From: a virus | Length of the DNA: 6,161 bases | Virus record (IMG/VR): IMGVR_UViG_3300020040_000116 | Location: 1 to 6,161 of that record | Reading direction: 5' to 3' (one strand) | In this document: positions 4,176-6,161 of the stretch, piece after piece | Layout of the letters: each line of letters opens with the position of its first letter | Position numbering within the stretch: the first letter of the stretch is position 1 | Notes under the pieces: generated by a model | What the model was told of the DNA's origin: nothing | The model's input: only the letters and a program-made list of their open reading frames with translations | Database searches by the model: none | Position numbers and translations under genes: made by a program

Positions 4176-5972
4176 TTAACGATTAGACAAACGGGTTGCA
4201 AATGTTTTATTGACCAAGTTCTTCTTCTGAACCGCGTAAGAGATATTTACAAAGAAATTATCTTCCACATTCGAGCTAAAAGGCGAATTCACCTGCGACA
4301 AATCAGTAAAAAGCACCGGATAATAATAGTACTCAGGCAAAGAGCCTGCATTACTAGAAGTTAAAACGGCGCGCTGCTGAACCCAGTAAGAGTAAAGTGG
4401 AAAACCTGAGCCACCCTCGGCAGGATCCCTGTAATAAGCTTGAAGCATGCCAAGTACCTCATCATAAGACGAGCGAAACTCATTAAAACACGGCTCGGAA
4501 GCAGAACTAGCACCAGGATTACCGTTAAACGCTATACGGAAAGCCGGAACGTCTTGATAGCCAATATCGTTGTAAATAGGATTGAAATAGTCAGAACCGG
4601 AATAGTTAAGATAATCAGGCTTAATGAAGCTCCAGTAATAAACGGGCCTAATACTCAGCATATCAATCAAATAACCTGGTTCACGAAAATAATAAGACTG
4701 TCGACGACCCAAACGATCGTTGAATGCAATAGCACCACCCTGCTGGCCAAGGGGCTGATTGCCCGAGAAATTGTTATCGCCAGCCTGATTCATCACAAGC
4801 TGGACGTTGATCGTCTGAGAAGCGCTAAAGAGAAGCTTAGGCCGGTCAACATGTTCAATCTTAGAAGCGAAAAACGTCTCCAACCAATCACTATAACGGC
4901 TACCACCAGCTCCGAGCAAATCTTTATACTCCTGAAGACGCGAAGCGATAGCCAACTGCGGGATAGTAGTTACACCCGTCATAGAAACAGCAGACGAGGA
5001 ACCTACAGGAACAAGACGGCTAAAGCGATCAGGATTTGAAGGCACGACGGCCATAGGGTGGGCAACTAAGAAATAAGCCAAACCCGAAGAAGCATTAGAA
5101 CTAGTAGTCGGGAGGGTTTGCGAAATAAGACCTGAAGTACCAAGCAAAGTAGTACTCGGATAAGTCGAGACAACGGGATAACCATCGGTAGACGCACCAC
5201 CACTATTCAAATCCGACCTAATAATCTGATAAAAGAGGTTACCGCGATTGAACGTATTATTAGTAGAAGTTAAGGAAGACGGGTAAAATTGACTCTCGTA
5301 AAAAGCATCCAAGAACTCAAGATTGCCATAGCACTGTGTGAAAAACCTAGAATCACCGGAATTATCAGGATCAAGAACGTAACTAGAGGACGAAAAAATA
5401 AGCTTATTCGCCATAGGCCATGCAAAAGAATAAAGTCCCCACTGCGAATAGCCATAATAATTTCGAACTATATCCCAATAAGCTAAATACGTATCAGCGT
5501 TAGACCACTGAGACATAGAAGAGGACGCTGGAAGAGAGACAGATGCAAGCGGGGTACCGCCAACATTGTACTTGTTGCCAACACGAAGCCAAGAAAAGAG
5601 CGAATTTGTATACGACGCGCCGAAAAAATCGGCATTCAAAGAGCCAGTGGAGGGGATCGTAGAGCAAATCCAATTCAAACTCAACGCGTTCATGTCAAAC
5701 TTGCTGCTATTCGTTCGCATCTCCGGATGATAAAGCTGAAGCGGCACCCAAAAACGATGCAAACGAATGGTGTAGGGGTTAAATGTCGGAACAGCAAGTG
5801 GATTACTACGAACGTCAACACCTTGCTCGATGGAAACGCGGTCGCGGGCATTAATAAAATCGATTCGCACCGGATAGAGAATACCCGGTGTGCACGTAAA
5901 AGCCTTACTCTCAGGGACATCATATCGAGAGTAACCATTTACAACATGTGAGATAAAAGGTTGTTTTCCCAT
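4176..5972 (-). CDS. VP1: Major capsid protein (Microviridae VP1 / phiX174 F family), 598 aa
   Basis: ATG at 5972, TAA at 4178..4176. N-terminal F-family pattern TCTPGILYPVRIDFINARDRV ... HRFWVPLQLYHP. A motif I recognise as conserved in F-family capsids, GGSRYSDWLETFFASKIEHVDRPKLL, at 4833..4910. Ser/Thr/Asn-rich putative surface loop at 5073..5282. Confidence 0.93.
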   Translation of the reverse strand: MGKQPFISHVVNGYSRYDVPESKAFTCTPGILYPVRIDFINARDRVSIEQGVDVRSNPLAVPTFNPYTIRLHRFWVPLQLYHPEMRTNSSKFDMNALSLNWICSTIPSTGSLNADFFGASYTNSLFSWLRVGNKYNVGGTPLASVSLPASSSMSQWSNADTYLAYWDIVRNYYGYSQWGLYSFAWPMANKLIFSSSSYVLDPDNSGDSRFFTQCYGNLEFLDAFYESQFYPSSLTSTNNTFNRGNLFYQIIRSDLNSGGASTDGYPVVSTYPSTTLLGTSGLISQTLPTTSSNASSGLAYFLVAHPMAVVPSNPDRFSRLVPVGSSSAVSMTGVTTIPQLAIASRLQEYKDLLGAGGSRYSDWLETFFASKIEHVDRPKLLFSASQTINVQLVMNQAGDNNFSGNQPLGQQGGAIAFNDRLGRRQSYYFREPGYLIDMLSIRPVYYWSFIKPDYLNYSGSDYFNPIYNDIGYQDVPAFRIAFNGNPGASSASEPCFNEFRSSYDEVLGMLQAYYRDPAEGGSGFPLYSYWVQQRAVLTSSNAGSLPEYYYYPVLFTDLSQVNSPFSSNVEDNFFVNISYAVQKKNLVNKTFATRLSNR

Positions 5973-5975
5973 AAA

Positions 5976-6161
5976 TTAAATATTTAGTTGGAGTTTATAG
6001 TGGTCTCGCCAAAACTGAAGAATATCCAAATCTAGCCAGGTAGGGGGGTCAAAATCTGGCATCTTGCGAGAGGACGCAGCGAAGCGCATCATTTGCTTTT
6101 GCTCCCACGTATACGACGCTCTAATGGATACGGAGGAATTGAGATTGAACCGTTCAACACA
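5976..6161 (-). CDS. VP4: C-terminal end of the same Rep/VP4 CDS (6041..6161 duplicates 1..121); stop TAA at 5978..5976
   Basis: The Rep frame continues from nt 1 into 6040..5976 as ...DFDPPTWLDLDILQFWRDHYKLQLNI*. Total is 1006+65 = 1071 nt = 356 aa plus stop. The stop is followed by TTT and then the VP1 ATG in the same frame. Confidence 0.9.
   Translation of the reverse strand, partial: CVERFNLNSSVSIRASYTWEQKQMMRFAASSRKMPDFDPPTWLDLDILQFWRDHYKLQLNI
6027..6034 (-). promoter_or_regulatory. Bacteroides-type -7 promoter box TAnnTTTG (TAGATTTG), 54 nt upstream of the VP1 ATG, inside the rep 3' end
   Basis: Exact consensus match on the coding strand. A TTTG lies 15 nt upstream, which is shorter than the canonical spacing. 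Confidence 0.25.
6041..6161. repeat. Terminal direct repeat, copy 2 (identical to 1..121)
   Basis: Same as copy 1. This is redundant sequence, not extra genome content. Confidence 0.97.

Larger units (their letters stand above)
1..6040 (-). other. Complete circular genome unit (6,040 nt) of a Microviridae ssDNA phage; the window + strand is the complement of the coding/viral strand
   Basis: An exact 121-nt terminal redundancy closes the circle. Eight co-oriented genes are tightly packed, with gaps of 1-12 nt plus three larger IGRs. They include an F-like capsid, an H/VP2-like pilot and a gpA/VP4-like HUH Rep. The - strand has strong T-ending codon bias, typical of T-rich microvirus viral strands. 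Confidence 0.9.

Noticed and set aside
3914-4201. 95-codon very hydrophobic - strand ORF overlapping the VP1 end and the acidic 98-aa gene, analogous to E embedded in D
   Set aside because: It is in the +1 frame of the 98-aa gene and begins at TTG. The first ATG falls only after the hydrophobic segment. The hydrophobicity follows directly from the run of NNT codons in the real frame.
4440-5951. ORFs within VP1: 4440..5039(+), 5289..5486(+), 5727..5951(+), 5270..5455(-) and 5690..5938(-)
   Set aside because: The + strand ones are antisense. The - strand ones are +1 shadows of VP1. None has independent support.

Overview
The window is one complete circular genome of an uncultivated Microviridae ssDNA phage. 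Unit length is 6,040 nt, and nt 1-121 recur exactly at 6041-6161. The sequence is given as the complement of the coding (viral) strand. All eight supported genes lie on the - strand and cover about 92% of the unit. Order on the viral strand: Rep/VP4 (356 aa), major capsid VP1 (598 aa), acidic 98-aa ORF, 63-aa predicted lipoprotein, DNA pilot VP2 (454 aa), orphan ORFs of 106 and 107 aa, a 220-nt GC-rich structured intergenic region, then a basic 66-aa ORF whose stop overlaps the rep start (TAATG). Rep wraps the window ends, so it is missing from the supplied ORF track. The track shows only out-of-frame decoy ORFs over that region. Every same-strand alternative ORF in the track sits in the +1 frame of a real gene. 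This is explained by strong T-ending codon usage, which gives NTN codons in the +1 frame: hydrophobic and stop-free. No tRNA, CRISPR, IS element or integrase is visible. Items worth follow-up are the small lipoprotein (lysis or exclusion candidate in a genome with no recognisable lysis gene), the two structured intergenic regions (origin/terminator candidates), Bacteroidota-type expression signals (TAnnTTTG boxes, no Shine-Dalgarno anywhere), and the orphan ORFs. I see a novel-looking microvirus rather than a multi-gene defence or other cellular system. All family assignments rest on motif recognition by eye and need HMM/BLAST confirmation.
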